Positions 44,852 to 59,200 of a DNA stretch of 64,000 nt are shown piece by piece. Source of the stretch: Owenia fusiformis (lineage: Eukaryota); contig CAIIXF020000001.1 of NCBI GenBank assembly GCA_903813345.2, forward strand, positions 16,926,001-16,990,000, given 5' to 3'. Numbering within the stretch: the first letter of the stretch is position 1; the number at the start of each line of letters is the position of its first letter. The translations under genes were made by a program, and so were the position numbers. Under the pieces are notes generated by a model that was not told where the DNA came from, did not search any database, and saw only the letters and a program-made list of their open reading frames with translations.

Positions 44852-47370
44852 CACTCGCCTCCATAAGTTTGGCAACCTTAGCTCCCCCTTGAACTACGTG
44901 TTAAAGCCTCTTTACCTTTGAATTTGTATTTATCTACGATGAAAATTCTTATACTATTTATGGAATCGTAATTTGACTTTATTTCCAATACCTCCAAATT
45001 TTCTCAATTTTTTTCCTCAATGGCAATAAGACAATAAATTTGACGAATTTTTGAAAATCGACATTCCCATGTTAACCAATGGGAAATGGTAGGTTTGCCG
45101 CAAGTCATATGACAGAATATCCATCTATCCGAGTCCTTGCAAAAAATAAGAGTTAGGCAGGCAAATGGATTTGCTAACTTTCTTTATTTAACGAAAAATT
45201 GATATGTTTCTTCAGGTTCAACAAATCTATTAGGGCTTTAAAGTCAAAATTGTTTTTCAAAAAACCTCTCCCATTGAAATAACACAGGAGGCGATAAATT
45301 ATTTTCAAAAATGAATTTGAAGCGCTGTAACTTTAGTATTCATTAAATGAACTAAACACTTAGTGTACAAAAAAGTTAGACAATTCAATTTTCTATATAA
45401 AAACATTTTTTTGATGAATCTTTTACTGAAAAGATATCCTGATTTCTGATTTACCCCGATGTAAACTAAGACAAGATAGCAATATACAGGGTGTTGAAAT
45501 ACCTGGTTGTGACATGGGGCTTATTAAGTTGTTGCAATATGCAGATGACTCAACCCTTTTTTTGAAAAATGAAGCTTCATTTGCCAATGCCATGTTATTG
45601 ATCGACAAATTTTCAATAATATCAGGTCTGAAAATTAATAAAAACAAAACTGAAGCCATGTGGCTCGGAACATGGAAATACAGACAAGATACCTTAGGTA
45701 ATATTAATTGGAAGCTAAGTCCAAATAATAAAATTTAAATTTTGGGTATTACATTTTGCACAACTACCAGTGTAACAGATCTTGTACAGGACAATTTTGA
45801 GCCAAAAATACAAAAATGTGTTAATATAATGAAATCTTGGTCTCAGAGACGTCTCACATTATTAGGCAAGATAACATTAGCAAAGTCTTTTCTTTCCTCA
45901 CAATTTTTATATTTACTGCAAAGTTTTATATTGCCTGAACATCTTCTTAGAAGGATTAACAGAATGTTATTTAAGTTTATATGGGCGAAGGGAAAATTCA
46001 AGGAAGATGATTTAAAATATGTTCCCGAAAGAGTTAAACGGGAAATAATTGTACAAGATTTTAAAAATGGAGGATTAAAAATGATTAATATATTTGATAT
46101 GCAAAATGCTCTAGCATTTAAATGGGTCAAACAGCTACAAGAAAATGGAAATGGCAGCTGGAGGAAAATACCTCTGTATTTGTATGGTACCCTATGTAAA
46201 GATTTAACCATATTTCAATGTAATAATGATTTTAAAAATATTGTGAATACTGATAAATTGTTAGGATTTTATAGCAAACTATTATATCTATGGAAATCAA
46301 ACAATAAGTTCAAAGACAGCTCTATTTTATGGCATAATGAAAATATCAAAGCTACAGGTAAAGAATTGTATTTTCAAAGCTGGATTAAGTGTGGAATAAA
46401 TTTTATATGTGATGTTTGCAAAAATGGCCAGATTATTTCTTATGATGAAATTGTTTCCTCAGTAGGCAGAAATGCTGAAACATGGATGCAATATCAAACT
46501 TTGAAACAAGCACTCAAAAGGGAGATGATATTAGAATATCAAATTGTAGCTCCAGAAGATACTTTATACTTCAATGATACAGATGTGCAGTACTTAAATG
46601 TTCAAGATTTTAGGAAAATTTTAATAGAAAAATGGGTTTGTGAAATTGTATTCAAAAATGAAGTTTTAACAAGAAAAACCTGGCTTAATGCAAAAAATTG
46701 TACAACAGCAACAGACCTTATTATACTACACTGGAAGATTTAACATTCAATATATCCATGTAATCTTTTACTGCATAGATATGGTATTTTAAATTCAAGC
46801 AAATGTACAAGCTGTGATGAAATAGATAATTTAGAGCATCATTTTGTTAAATGCAAAGCAGTTGCTGAATTTTGGACTAAACATTTCCCAAATATAACTG
46901 CCAATCAAATATATGGAATAGGTAAAGTAAAGAATTACAAAAATATACTGATAGCAAAGTTATCTATTCACAAATGGTATATTGAAAAATGTGTGAGTAA
47001 CTTAAATACTCTTTATGAATTTGAAACCTCATCTTTGTACCATACCTGTAAATAATTATGTTAAACTGAAATAAATTTTATCAAAAAAAAAAAAAAAAAA
47101 GATTTACCCCGAACCCCCATTTCCCATTGGATTACATGGGAATGACGATTTTCAAAAATTCATCAAATTTATCATCAATTTTCGACCTATTGTAAGTGAG
47201 GAAAAAAATTGAGAAAATTTGGAAATATTGGAAATAAAGTCAAGTTATGTTTCCATCAATAATATAAGTTATTTCATCGTCGGTTAAGTAAATAAAAATT
47301 CAAATGTAAAGAGGCTTTAACACGTAGTTCAATGGAGGAGCTATGGTTGCCAAACTTATGGAGGGGAGTG
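44852..47370. mobile_element. Tc1-like non-autonomous element with TA TSD and about 230-bp TIRs, carrying a nested LINE
   Basis: TA|CACTCGCCTCCATAAGTTTGGCAACC ... GGTTGCCAAACTTATGGAGGGGAGTG|TA. Confidence 0.88.
45460..47100 (+). mobile_element. 5'-truncated L1/Tx1-like LINE (RT C-terminus plus CCHC) with two nonsense codons
   Basis: One frame 45460-47055: LLQYADDSTLFL, SGLKINKNKT, LTLLGKITLAKS, GGLKM, CTSCDEIDNLEHHFVKC; TAA at 45736 and 46741; AATAAA at 47070, A18 tail 47083-47100; 12-bp TSD GATTTACCCCGA at 45448-45459 and 47101-47112. Confidence 0.95.
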
Positions 47371-50300
47371 TATAGTGAAATACATGTACTAAATAAAATA
47401 TATAATAAATTAATCATAAATACTCTATTTCAAAACAATAATAGTTTGCAAAACAAAAATATTTTGCTCTGTACGAGTATCTAATCCATTTGATGATCTA
47501 ATTTAACCAATGACTATCCTAACAGACTAACCTGCATATAATCTGAGGATTTAATGAGATTACTGTAATCAATCTACTGCTGATTACAAAATGAATGAAT
47601 GAATCATTTAATATTTAACATGACACTGGCCTTGCGACTAATCGTTTATTGATCATTTATAGTGCTATAAAAGGGATTAACATTAGTATTCAGCTTATCA
47701 CAGTTTTAGAATTCCTTAGCTGAAATCCTCTCTTACAAAAATATAAGTCATCTAATTTAGCTCATAGTTTCGGCTGGATATTTATTTTTACTTTCAAATG
47801 AAACTATTTTATGCAATTTAGTAGAAAGCTAAATTGGATCTGATTTCTTAATGATAGCTTGGATTTCTTAAGGGGGGGGGGTACAGAGAGGCATTTATTC
47901 TATCATATGAGGTAATTTTTTTGTCAATGAGGCAAAAAACTAGGAGGGGGTGAAGTGAGGCAAATCTATTAATCAAAGAAAGGCATTTTTTGTCAATGAG
48001 GCAAAAAGTTGTCAGTGAGGCAAATATCATCTGTGAGGCAAACATCTTGACCCTTTAATATACTGCATAAGTCAAACATGAAAAGCTAGTCATATGGTAC
48101 AGTGCATTAAGTAATATCTATTTCATCGACGAGATATTGTATATCTCTGATATTATGGCAATGCACAGCAAATATTTGAGCTGTTCGAGGAAAACTGAAA
48201 TGAAGTCTTAAAGAAAAAGTGTAAAAAAAAACTTGAGGCAAAATGTTCACATTTTTTGAGGCAAATTAAAAAAGGATGTGTCAATTTTTCTGAAAAACGA
48301 TAAGGCAGAACTCAAGGGGGGAGGAGGGATGCGTTGAAAGTCGTAGTGACCCCCCGGCTGCAGCCATCTTCTAAATATTTATTTTCACTTTTTAATGGAG
48401 ATATTTTAAGAAAATTAGTGGTAGGCTAAATTGGATCTAATTTCTTAATAAATAGCTTCTAAATATCTATGTTCACTTTCAAATAAATCTATTCTATGCA
48501 CTTTAGTGGTAAGCTAAACTGAATCTGATTTCTGGCGATTATACCAACGCAGCTATTAATTATGGGATCTACTTGTCCCCTGGTCCAGGATCCATGGTAT
48601 CTACTGATAACTATTCTTCCAAGCTTCTTTGCTCAATATATCACCGCAAGCTCAGAATAGTTTCTATTTTGCATGACGTGAATCAATAACCAATTAAGAT
48701 AAAGCTAAGGAGTCCCATTAGAAGTGTATCATACATGAGATAAACTTGAACGTTGTCCATAAATCTTTTAAATGAGATACTGTGAACTCTAATTGTACTT
48801 TGTATGTACAAACTAGATGTCTGCAGACAGACTACACATTTTTTGTTGACGCAGCCTACAATTTTTCATATGTTTGAGGGAAAGAGAATAGAGGTAGGGG
48901 AGGGTGAAGTCTTCAATAAAATATTCAAACGTACCATTTGGTGGGGGTAAGTGGGGGTAAGTGAGAGCTGAGGATTTTCAAGGAATTATTAAACAATATC
49001 ACTATTCATATAGAATTCACTGAGAATGCAGTGGCTTAACAAATTTCAGTTGTACGATTTTTTTGTTTGTCCGAGAGATTGAGACTGGAGGTAGAGAGGG
49101 GTGGTGGGCCAGGGGACATCAACACTTTATCTGGGCAAATGGTCGATTACAATATTAATTTGCTACTTTCAAGTATTGTAAGCACTGACACTCAGAGAAA
49201 GTGTAAGTTGTCACTCGTTAGTTTTTGTGACTGAAATTCCCTAAAATTTTCCCGACTCATCACCCTGATTTTCTGATTTTGATAGAAATTGTTTTGAGAA
49301 ACAATAAAAGGTCAGTGAGGCTAATTAGGATGTGGTGTCAAATTACTACAGAGGTTGATTTTGAACAATGAAGCGCAGACATGACTTCAGAATCACCAAA
49401 AATCAAGTGACATTCTACATTTCCTCCAAGCTTAATAGATCATAATATTGCACGGTAAGATAAAATATGCACAGACATGATGAGTTGCAGTTGAGCATGT
49501 AAATAACTATTAGTGTGACTTTAATCATCAATGCAATATCAAGTGAACAAGTGCACGTAATGTGATTCTTTTATGATTTGATCTTTTTATGTTAAACACA
49601 TCCTGGATGAATGCTTAATGAGTGCAAATATGTGAAGCACACGTGGTTATGTGAAAGTGCTGTATAACTATACAAAATTTGGGAGGCCTTGATATCTCAT
49701 ACAATTAAATGTGACTTTTCGAAGAGCAGTACTACAATAAACTCAAAATTTTGTCAAACATGAAGTTTAAGAGTGGGTAGGCGTTGCAACTGACCTTGTT
49801 GAAATATTTCAGAATTCAGAAAAATTCCAACCCTCTTTAACAATTAGCCATGGTCATTCCCTTTCTATTTCTTGACCTTTGTTATAGTGAGAATGGGGTG
49901 GGGGTTGGGGAGGGGCAATCAGGCTAATAACCAACCTTTTCTACCAGGGTACTGTTCCGTGTAGAATTCATAGTACATGTCTGGTTGGTCCAGGTTGCCA
50001 AATGCAGCACACTCACTTTCCGCAAGACTATACTGACGCAACTTCACGAGTAGTGCAAACCGACAAAACCAGAACTGCAAATAAACAGAATAATCATGTA
50101 TATGGTAGTTAGTGCTACAGGTTACTATTAAAAATGTCTGAATTTAAAAGGTATCATGAAAAAGCCTTTATATTGCATGATAAGGCAAATAGTCCTAAAA
50201 ATATTGAAGTCGGAAATATTCTTCGAGAATATCTTCAGTATTCATTTGAGAAGGTGTTTTGTTGAAAACTTTGGGGGAACTGATGTTTGACAGATTTGTG

Positions 50301-52939
50301 GAGAAACGAGTGAGACATTGGTGACACCCGGATGATGAGTGGACAAGTACTTTTATAGATACTGCAAATATAAAATTGCCCTCTTGCATACTTTTTGTAT
50401 TTATCTAATAATTAATTCTAAATGATATGAGGGTAGCCCACACAGGATATGGTTAAGAGGTATATATTAAATTCATCCCTCCAAAGAATTTGTATTCCTC
50501 TCATCAGATAGTTGGGCTTAATTTGATCCAAATATCAATAGATATCAAGGCACTCATATTCAAAATGTCACCACCTGCCATTTGTTAGTATGAAACAGAT
50601 ACCAATCGCCAAACATTTACTGCTGAACACTTGTAGTAGTGACAAAACTATCAAAACCAAATCAGAAATCAAGTTATTTCCTCTCCCATTCTACATCTAT
50701 CTTCACACTGCACTGCGATCACATTCTACTATCTATTATAAATGTGGAGATATCAATGATAGAACTGTCAAGTTGAAACTCAGTGATATAAGTAAGCATG
50801 TTGTGATAACTTATCAGTCGGCTTAATGTCAAACAGACCATTTTTCTTAAGATTTTCTATCTCCAAAGTCAATAGAGAAGCTTGAATCATTATTACTATT
50901 GAATATATTACTGGGTATTAAAGTCAAGACATATTTAAGCTGATGTACGTCAGCAAATATTTCAAATGTGATGGCTGTAGCCTGGTTTGTCCACTGGGGT
51001 TTGTCTAAGTCCATCTTTATTTAAGGCATGGAAGACATTTATTAGATATGTGCTACCCCTAAACAGTCGGTGCGGATAACCTCAATCCACACCGATTGTT
51101 TATAGGTAGCACATATCTGATAAATGTTTCCTATTTTTTATAAAACCACACAGAATGTTGCTGACTTCTCAAAATGCAAAAATAATTTATAGTGAAAGGT
51201 CATCTTTATCACCAATACTGAATGAAGGCTGTAAATGGTGTATAAAGGCACACACATAAATCCACACCGACTATTTTCATATAGCACAGTCTGCCTCTCA
51301 GTTACTGGTTTTACATACTATACTAAAGCACCCTAATGGCCGTTATTGAATGGATGCTCTCTTGGGAATCTCATTAAATAATTTCACCTGCATGAGAAAT
51401 CTTCTGTGTCAACTAATTCATCGTTATAGCATTAAAATTGGAATATAAAGAGCATCACAAATGGAATTGCAATGTACCTTTTATGTCTATTGATTCTATA
51501 TCATTTCAAAGCTTAGAGATCAAGTAGCATCATTCATCAACTTGTAGATCGTGAAACAATAATCATGACCAATCGTTGCGAAAGTATATAGTACTAACAG
51601 CTGCTCTGATTAGTACAATAACGTCATTTCGAAGGGCAATATAGTGAAATATTGGACCGGTGGCCGAAGGTCAATTCAGATCAATTCTATTACATCTGTT
51701 CTTCATGATCTTCTTGTGATTTATCAAGTGGGTGGAAATAGATTTTCAGGTGGGTACAGCATCAGGTGGGTCTAGCTTCGTACCAATCCTCACCTTGAGA
51801 ATTCCGCAATTTATTGTTTATTATCTAAATAAACAACCCTCCCACTGATTTACTGTCATGAATATAATTATCTATAGGAAGGGGCCTGACTTGACTTATC
51901 ACATTATGATTTTGACCAATCAGGGATGAGATTCACCATATTCAAACATTCAATCTGATGGATACTGATTCTGGGGCCTAATTTGAATAAAGATCCTCAA
52001 TTCTGATTTGCACACGATCAAGCCTGCATGACCCGCGAAGCATTTTTGCTAATGATACATATTACTTGGGTCTCAAGTTTATCATATGAGCCCATGGGGT
52101 AGAATGAAGTGACTGAGCGTGGGAATCGATGATGTGGGTGCAGTCCTTTCCTAAATATCTCAAGAGGGTACAGCTTCAGCTTGCTTTAATGCTGGGGATA
52201 TCAAGTATTATAGGATAGAATATAGTCTTGCTTCCGGTGATCCAGGGGAAGCACTTGTGCCTTGGTACTGACTATAATGCCATGTTGTTGAAGTAGATAG
52301 GGGGGGGGGGGGGGGGGGGGGGCAGAGTCTTGAAACAAGACTAGATAGAATATTAATACTTCACAATTTTAATTTCTCACCAATTAGACGTAATAATTGG
52401 TATCTGCTATAATTACAATTGTATTGCATATTGCCTCATTAATTTGAGAAAATGAAGTCATAATATGTATCAAAAGGCCACAAAGGACGTCACTGAAAGT
52501 AATCCCAAGGCTTAAATGATGTCATAACGGGTAAAATTGAGTGAATCTTAACATAGATCTCAATACTGAGAAATATAGGTCCAGAGGTCTAGATAAGCTG
52601 TCGCCATTCACCAATTGCGAATATTTTTAGCACCTGGCGAAGATCTTGATCTAAATATTCGCAAAGGTGGCGAAGATCTTTGTACAGAACCTATACTTGA
52701 GAAACAGATAAATTATCGGGGATTCTTCATTTTCAACTTTCGTAATTTTTGTAATTTCACCCATGAGACGCCACAATTATTTTTGTTTCAATGGAAATTT
52801 AACACGGGCACCTTCACAAGACCTGTTGCGTTCGGTATTTTGATGAATCAATTGAGACGCTAAAACTTATTTTCAAAATTATGCCGGGACCATTGAGGTC
52901 TTTCCGGCCAGGCTGGAAGGCAGGGCGGCCTTGGCTTAA

Positions 52940-53293
52940 GGATGTTCCCTGGTCAGATAGGAAAATATTCAATAGTATTTAACTTTTTCTCAAAAATGGT
53001 TTTCTGGGATTCTCACGGGCAACAAAGAATATTAAAACTTTAAAAACCATATGTTAGTGTGCTTTTTTCTGAGCAAGAGGCCTCTAAAGTGTCAATATTT
53101 GACAAAAGTGGGCGTGGCACTTTCTCATTGAAACCCATGTTAAAAATCAGGTTTTCACCCCAAAACACACTTTTGAATATTTAACTTTTTCTTAAACTCA
53201 CAGAAACACTTAGTTATGCTATGTACTTCACATTTTGAAAAGAAAAATTAGGGGTTGGTGTTCATCGTTTTCAACTTCGTCCAGGGAACATCC
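52940..53293. mobile_element. Kolobok-like MITE with TTAA TSD
   Basis: TTAA|GGATGTTCCCTGG ... CCAGGGAACATCC|TTAA. Confidence 0.85.
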
Positions 53294-54048
53294 TTAAATA
53301 CAACGACTGAAAGATGACGTGTGGAATTTGTTTGAAATATGGAAGTCAAAGTGATACTCGGAATATTTGATGTCAAGGGGTGAAATCCATAAAAAAGACT
53401 ATCAAGAATACAATCTACATAATCTGTAAAATATGTTTTTTGTGAAAATATAAGAAATATTGTGGCTAATAACTTTTTCAACCTATCTAGACCCTTGTAT
53501 AGGTCCATGATCTTCATAAGAGTACAGTATATACCACTGAGAAATTCCTATCAATACAGCTTCTTGTATTCAAAGGTAGTAGATTTTTTAAAAATTCAAT
53601 AAAGTTATGACCATTTTCACTATCTACAATAAGTACAAGCAAAAACCTCTGTTCACACCAATATCTTTGCTTTATTCACAAAAAATACTTTTCCAAGGAG
53701 TTTGAAATGACTGGCTTTAACTAATTTCAACAACAACCATATATCATATTGCCATTTAAACAAGGAGTATTTCTGTTATTACAAAAATTACAAATCACAA
53801 TTTCTTATCTAATTTCAGCTAGAAAACGGCAACACCATGAAGTAGCAAATCCCACCGAACAAATTAATCATGAATCTGGCAAATGTCATAATATAATATT
53901 TCAGTATAATATAGCCATCTCCTGTTCGCTATCTATTTTAAATTTTCTGAAGCACAAATAAGATAAATGACAAACTTGAAAACAGCAACTCCACGGAGTA
54001 GTGAATCCCACAAAACAAATAATCATGAATCTGACAAATGTCAGAATA

Positions 54049-56174
54049 CAGGGTGTTCCAAAAGTAACAGGACTGGTGCTGGCATTTTGTCAATTCTGCA
54101 CCAAGCATCTTCCAATTTTTACAAAATGTACTTTGAAGTATTGCAACTAAAACTAGAAAGTTTCAAGAAAAATAATAAAATGCGAGGAGAGTTATGGTTA
54201 CTATAGTAACATGACATTACAATACCCGGGGCAACTTTTCCATGAAAATTACTGGTATCTAACATTTTTGAATTGCTAAAGACAGTATCCAATTCACTTA
54301 TTACAATACAACATTTCTTGGTTGTTTTATTAGTTGCTTTGTTGTAATGGTGTTGCTCTACAACTCAGATTCAAGTGTGATTTCATAATTATAATATTTA
54401 TTCAATTTCATCATATATCACTTTGTATAACAGTCTGCACAATTCACGGTTGAGTGTTTGAAAAGACCCAATTTGAAGCCAATCATCCACTTTGATAACC
54501 TGCCTACCCAAGAGTCAGCATTGAGGACCAATGTAGCTATAGAGGAGCTGGGTTTTGAGGTCTAAGACCATGCACCATGTTCCTCCTATCATGCAATATC
54601 TAATTTTTACTTGTATGGAGAATAGAATACTAACCAGAACAACGGCAACGCCAAAGCGTAGCGAATCCCATCGAACAGATATGGATGGCATTTTTACAAA
54701 CAAAGGATATAGCAAAAATGGCAGCAATTTTCAAAATGGCCGCCTTCTACCAAAAGTGTCATTAGACCATCTGAAAATAAAAAATAAATCTGAAACAAAA
54801 TCGCTCCACTACTTTTCAAGTTATAGAAAAATATGTTAAAATGGCGGCCATTTTTCAAAATGGCCACCTTCTACCAATTAGACAGTGTGCCATGCTTATA
54901 GTATTCACATACCAAATATAAACAAAATTGCTCCACTACTTTTCGAGATATAGTAAAATACGTTAAAATGGCATCCATTTTGAAAAATGACCGCCTTCTA
55001 CCAAAAGTGTCATTAGACAGTGTGCCATGCTTACAGTATTCACATACCAAATATGAACAAAATCGCTTCACTACTTTTCGAGTTATAGTAAAATACGTTA
55101 AAATGGCGGCCATTTTTCAATTTTTTTTTCAAAATGGCCGCCTTCTACCAAAAGTGTCATAGGACAGTGTGCCATGCTTATAGTATTCACATACCAAATA
55201 TGAACAAAATCGCTCCACTACTTTTCGAGTTATAGTAAAATACGTTAAAATGGCGGCCATTTTTCAAAATGGTCGCCTTCTACTAAAAGTGTCTTTAGAC
55301 AGTGTGCAATGTTTATAGTATTCACATACCAAATATGAACAAAATCGCTCCACTACTTTTCGAGTTGCAGCAAAAATCGTAAAATAACGAGTAAAGACAG
55401 CCATTTTTCAAGATGGCTGCCATGTGCTTCTTTAATATCTACATTTCTAGCTTTATCAATGTCCTATATAATTTTTTTATATCTAAAACATATTGCTATT
55501 ACAGTTTTACATATTGCACCTAAATTACTGTAAATTCGGCACTAAAATGGCCGCCATTTTGAAATGAGCGGCCATTTTGAAAATCGGCTTTCGAGCAGAA
55601 CTTCTACTCCCATAGGGTATATGTGTACAAAATATGAACAAAATCGGACCAACGGTATTCGAGTTATTGCACGGACGGACGGACGGACGGACGTACGTAC
55701 GGACGGACGGAGGCGTTCCCTATATCCCTCCGAACTTCGTTCGATGGGATAATCAGCGCAGTAGAACCCTCATAGATGAGAATGACCATCTCCAAGTTGT
55801 CCTATCAACCCTGCTGCAGGGTCCGTGATGTGTCCTAAAATGGGTTCGCTTATGACTCTCATGTGTTTGAGCCATGATTCCAGCATGCTAAACTTATACT
55901 GACCAAAGAGAAGCCTACTTTTCAAAGTAGAGGATACATTAGGGATATAAAATGATGTAAAGCAAATGTAATTCCCATCAGTTCCTAACAAATAAGATGT
56001 ACAAAATGCTTTAAGTCTCTGTAACTTTATGCATGACCTGAGTTTCATAATTATTGTTGAAACTTTGCAGTTTTAATAACAATACTTGAAAGTACATGAT
56101 GTAAAATTTGGAAGACAATTGGTGCATATTTAACAAAATACCAGCACCAGTCCTGTTACTTTTGGAACACCCTG
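54049..56174. mobile_element. Tc1/mariner-like MITE with TA TSD, containing a nested HINE
   Basis: TA|CAGGGTGTTCCAAAAGTAACAGGACTGGTGCTGG ... CCAGCACCAGTCCTGTTACTTTTGGAACACCCTG|TA. Confidence 0.9.
54632..55752 (-). mobile_element. HINE with ~127-bp core repeats and a GGAC microsatellite
   Basis: subTIRs atcccatcgaac ... gttcgatgggat; GGAC repeats near 55671-55710; repeated aaaatggcggccatttt. Confidence 0.88.
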
Positions 56175-56254
56175 TATGATATTTCAGTATAATATAGCCA
56201 TCTCTTATTAGCTATCTATTTTAAATTTTCTGAAGCACAAATAAGATAAATGAT

Positions 56255-59200
56255 AAATTAGAAATCAGCAACTCCACGGAGTAGCAAATCCCACCGAACA
56301 AAACATGGTTTGATTGTGATAGTGATAGTGGCTATTTTGAAAATCTCTTCTTGAACAGAGCTGCCTTGTCCCTGGGTATATGCATATTAAAGGAGTGGTA
56401 TCGATATGGAGAACTTTTTCAACACATGTATTTCTCTTAAACCAGTCATAAAAAAAATCTAAAAATTTATCACATCGTCAATTTAATGGTCATCTTTTGA
56501 ATGGTAACAATATAATTTGAAAAATATATATATTCTTTCATCTGTATTGTTTTAGAAAACACATCAAACACTTGTTTTGTTCTTGATTTCATGTTTCCAG
56601 AGTGAAATGAAACATCTTTCTGAACCTCATTGGAACAAACCGACATAAACACAACATGTTTACGTCTCTCAATATTGTAATTGTACAAAGGAAATTTTGG
56701 TTGATTTAAAAAAGTATCTTGTTAATGGTACGTTTACACCAACGGCGCTTTGATGGCGCTTTAAAGCGGCTTGTAAAGCGGCACCAAAGCGTAACAAAGC
56801 TTAATTAAAGCGTCGGGGTCGTAATAGGTCGTAGAAAAGCTCGGGAGTAAAGCGGGATATTCGGCAAGAGCGCTAAAAAATTTAAACTGTTTAAGCGTTC
56901 GCACCAACGGCGCTTTGATGGCGCTTTAAAGCGGATTGTAAAGCGGCACCAAAGCGTAACAAAGCTTGATTAAAGCGTCGGGATCGTAATAGGTCGTAGA
57001 AAAGTTCCAAGTAAAGCGGGATATTCGGCAAGAGCGCCAAAAAATGTTAAACTGTTTAAAAATTTTGGGCGCTCTGTTACGAATTGATTGAAGCGCCGAG
57101 AGCGTATCAAAGCTTAACAAACCGTAACAAAGCTCAACAAAGCTTGACTCAAAGCGTAGGAAAGCTTAACACAGCTTGGTTCAAAGCAGGGACCCCAGTC
57201 TATTCACGGTCTGTTACCACTTGACACACTTCGTTAAGATGTCTCAAGATTTGCTACGATCTGGCATGAAGATCTGACACGAGGTCAGACGCTTTCATCA
57301 ATATCTGACACTCTTTGTTACACTTTCCTGAGGGACTCTCAAGCTTTCCAACGAATTGAGACGCTTTAATCAAGGATTGAAACGCTTTGCTAGGCTTTGT
57401 TACGCTTGAAAGTTTTCACACGCTATATCACGCCGTGCGACAAATGTCATGTCTTCTTCAGATAGGTCATGCTCTGGTCCATCTGGAATTTCTGGATCTC
57501 GTTGTTCTGCCATCGTGTTCTTGAGTCAAAGATGCAATGGTTTTATGGATCTACTGCATCTTTATATAGTCATTGGATCAAAAGCGGCATGGAATCGGCG
57601 ATCTCGACATTTTCCAATGCGTGACAGAGCTTAACAGAGCGTAACAATGCACAACAGAGTTTTGCAATCGTATCAGAGCCTGATTTAAAGTGTCATAATC
57701 GCATCAAAGCGTAATAATGCTTATCAAAGCTTTTCAAAGCGTGATTTCAAGCGTAACAAAGCCTGATCAAAGCGGGATCAAAGCGTGAGGAACCTTTTAG
57801 AGCTATGTTAAGCTTTCCTACGCTTTGGATCAAGTTTTTCTGAGCTTTGTTACGGTTTGTTAAGCTTTGATACGCTCTCGGCGCTTAATCGATTCGTAAC
57901 AGAGCTCAAAATTTTTTAAGAGTTTAAAATTTTTTGGCGCTCTTGCCGAATATCCCGTTTTACTCTGAGCTTTTCTACGACCTATTACGACCCCGACGCT
58001 TTAATCAAACTTTGTTACGCTTTGGTGCCGCTTTACAAGCCGCTTTAAAGCGCCATCAAAGCGCCGTTGGTATGAAGAAAAATGACAAAAATGACGGCGC
58101 TTTGCTCGCCGATTTAAAGCGTGGCATTCGACGTTGGTGTAAACGTACCTTAATGAAATAAAAGATTACTCTTGATTTTTATCTATTTTGGGGGATTTTG
58201 TTTTAATTTTTTAATACTTTTTTAAAATCAACCAAAAATTCCTTTGTATAACTATAATATTGAGAGGTCTAAAATATGTTGTATATGTTATTTTGTTCCA
58301 ACAAGGTTCGGAAAGACATTTTATTTCATTCTCAAGAATTGGTAGAAAGGAGCAAAATCAATTGCACTAAAAAAACAAAAAATGTTAACAAAAACAGTTA
58401 TATAAAATATTTCTAAATTATTTCGCATTAAATTGTTGTCAAATTGCTGTCAATCATCAGTGTATAAAATTTGAGCCAAATCAGTCTACGATACATGATC
58501 ATCAAAGATATTGGTTTTCTTAAATGGAAGCCATTTTGAAATTCAGCCACCATCTTGAAAATTCCTTATCAAGCAGAACTGTGTCCCTAAGCATCAGCAT
58601 ATAAAATTTGAAAAAGGCTCTCTACTTGTAATTGAGTTATCAAAGCTTAGTTTTTTTACAAAAAATGGTGGCCATTTTGAAATTCAGCAGCCATCTTTAT
58701 AATGTCTTCTTGAGCAAAGCTCCTTTGTACCTTAGCATATAAAATTTTAACAAAATCAGTGTACTGGTATTTTAGTTATCAAAGATTACGTTTTTTTATG
58801 AAAAATGGCAGCATTTTTGAAATTTAGCCATCTTGGAAATGTCTTATTGAATTATTGGATTGAACTAAAATTCGTCTACTGGTATTTGAATTATCAAAGA
58901 TTACGTTCTTTAACGAAAAATGGTGGCCAATTTTGAAATTCAGCTGCCATCCTATCGAACACAGCTCTTATTTCCCTAGGCATCAGCATATAAAATTTGA
59001 ACAAAATATGTCAAATGGAATTTGAGTTTTCAAAATTTAAGTTTTTTCACGAATAATGGCGACCATTTTGAAATTTAGCAGCCATCTTGAAAATGTCTTC
59101 TTGAGCAAAGGTTGTTTGTCCCTAGGTATCAGCATATAAAATCTGGACAAAAACTGTCTAATAGTATTTGTGTTATCAAAGATTACGTTTTTTTATGGAA

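Noticed and set aside
48560-48660. GC-richer patch as the missing upstream TRAPPC12 exon
   Set aside because: Minus-strand frames I read contain stops and lack the expected motif; patches near 52100-52290, 55770-56048 and 59750-59970 also showed no match.
52300-52322. G23 homopolymer as a functional G-quadruplex
   Set aside because: Isolated homopolymer of uncertain length with no supporting context.
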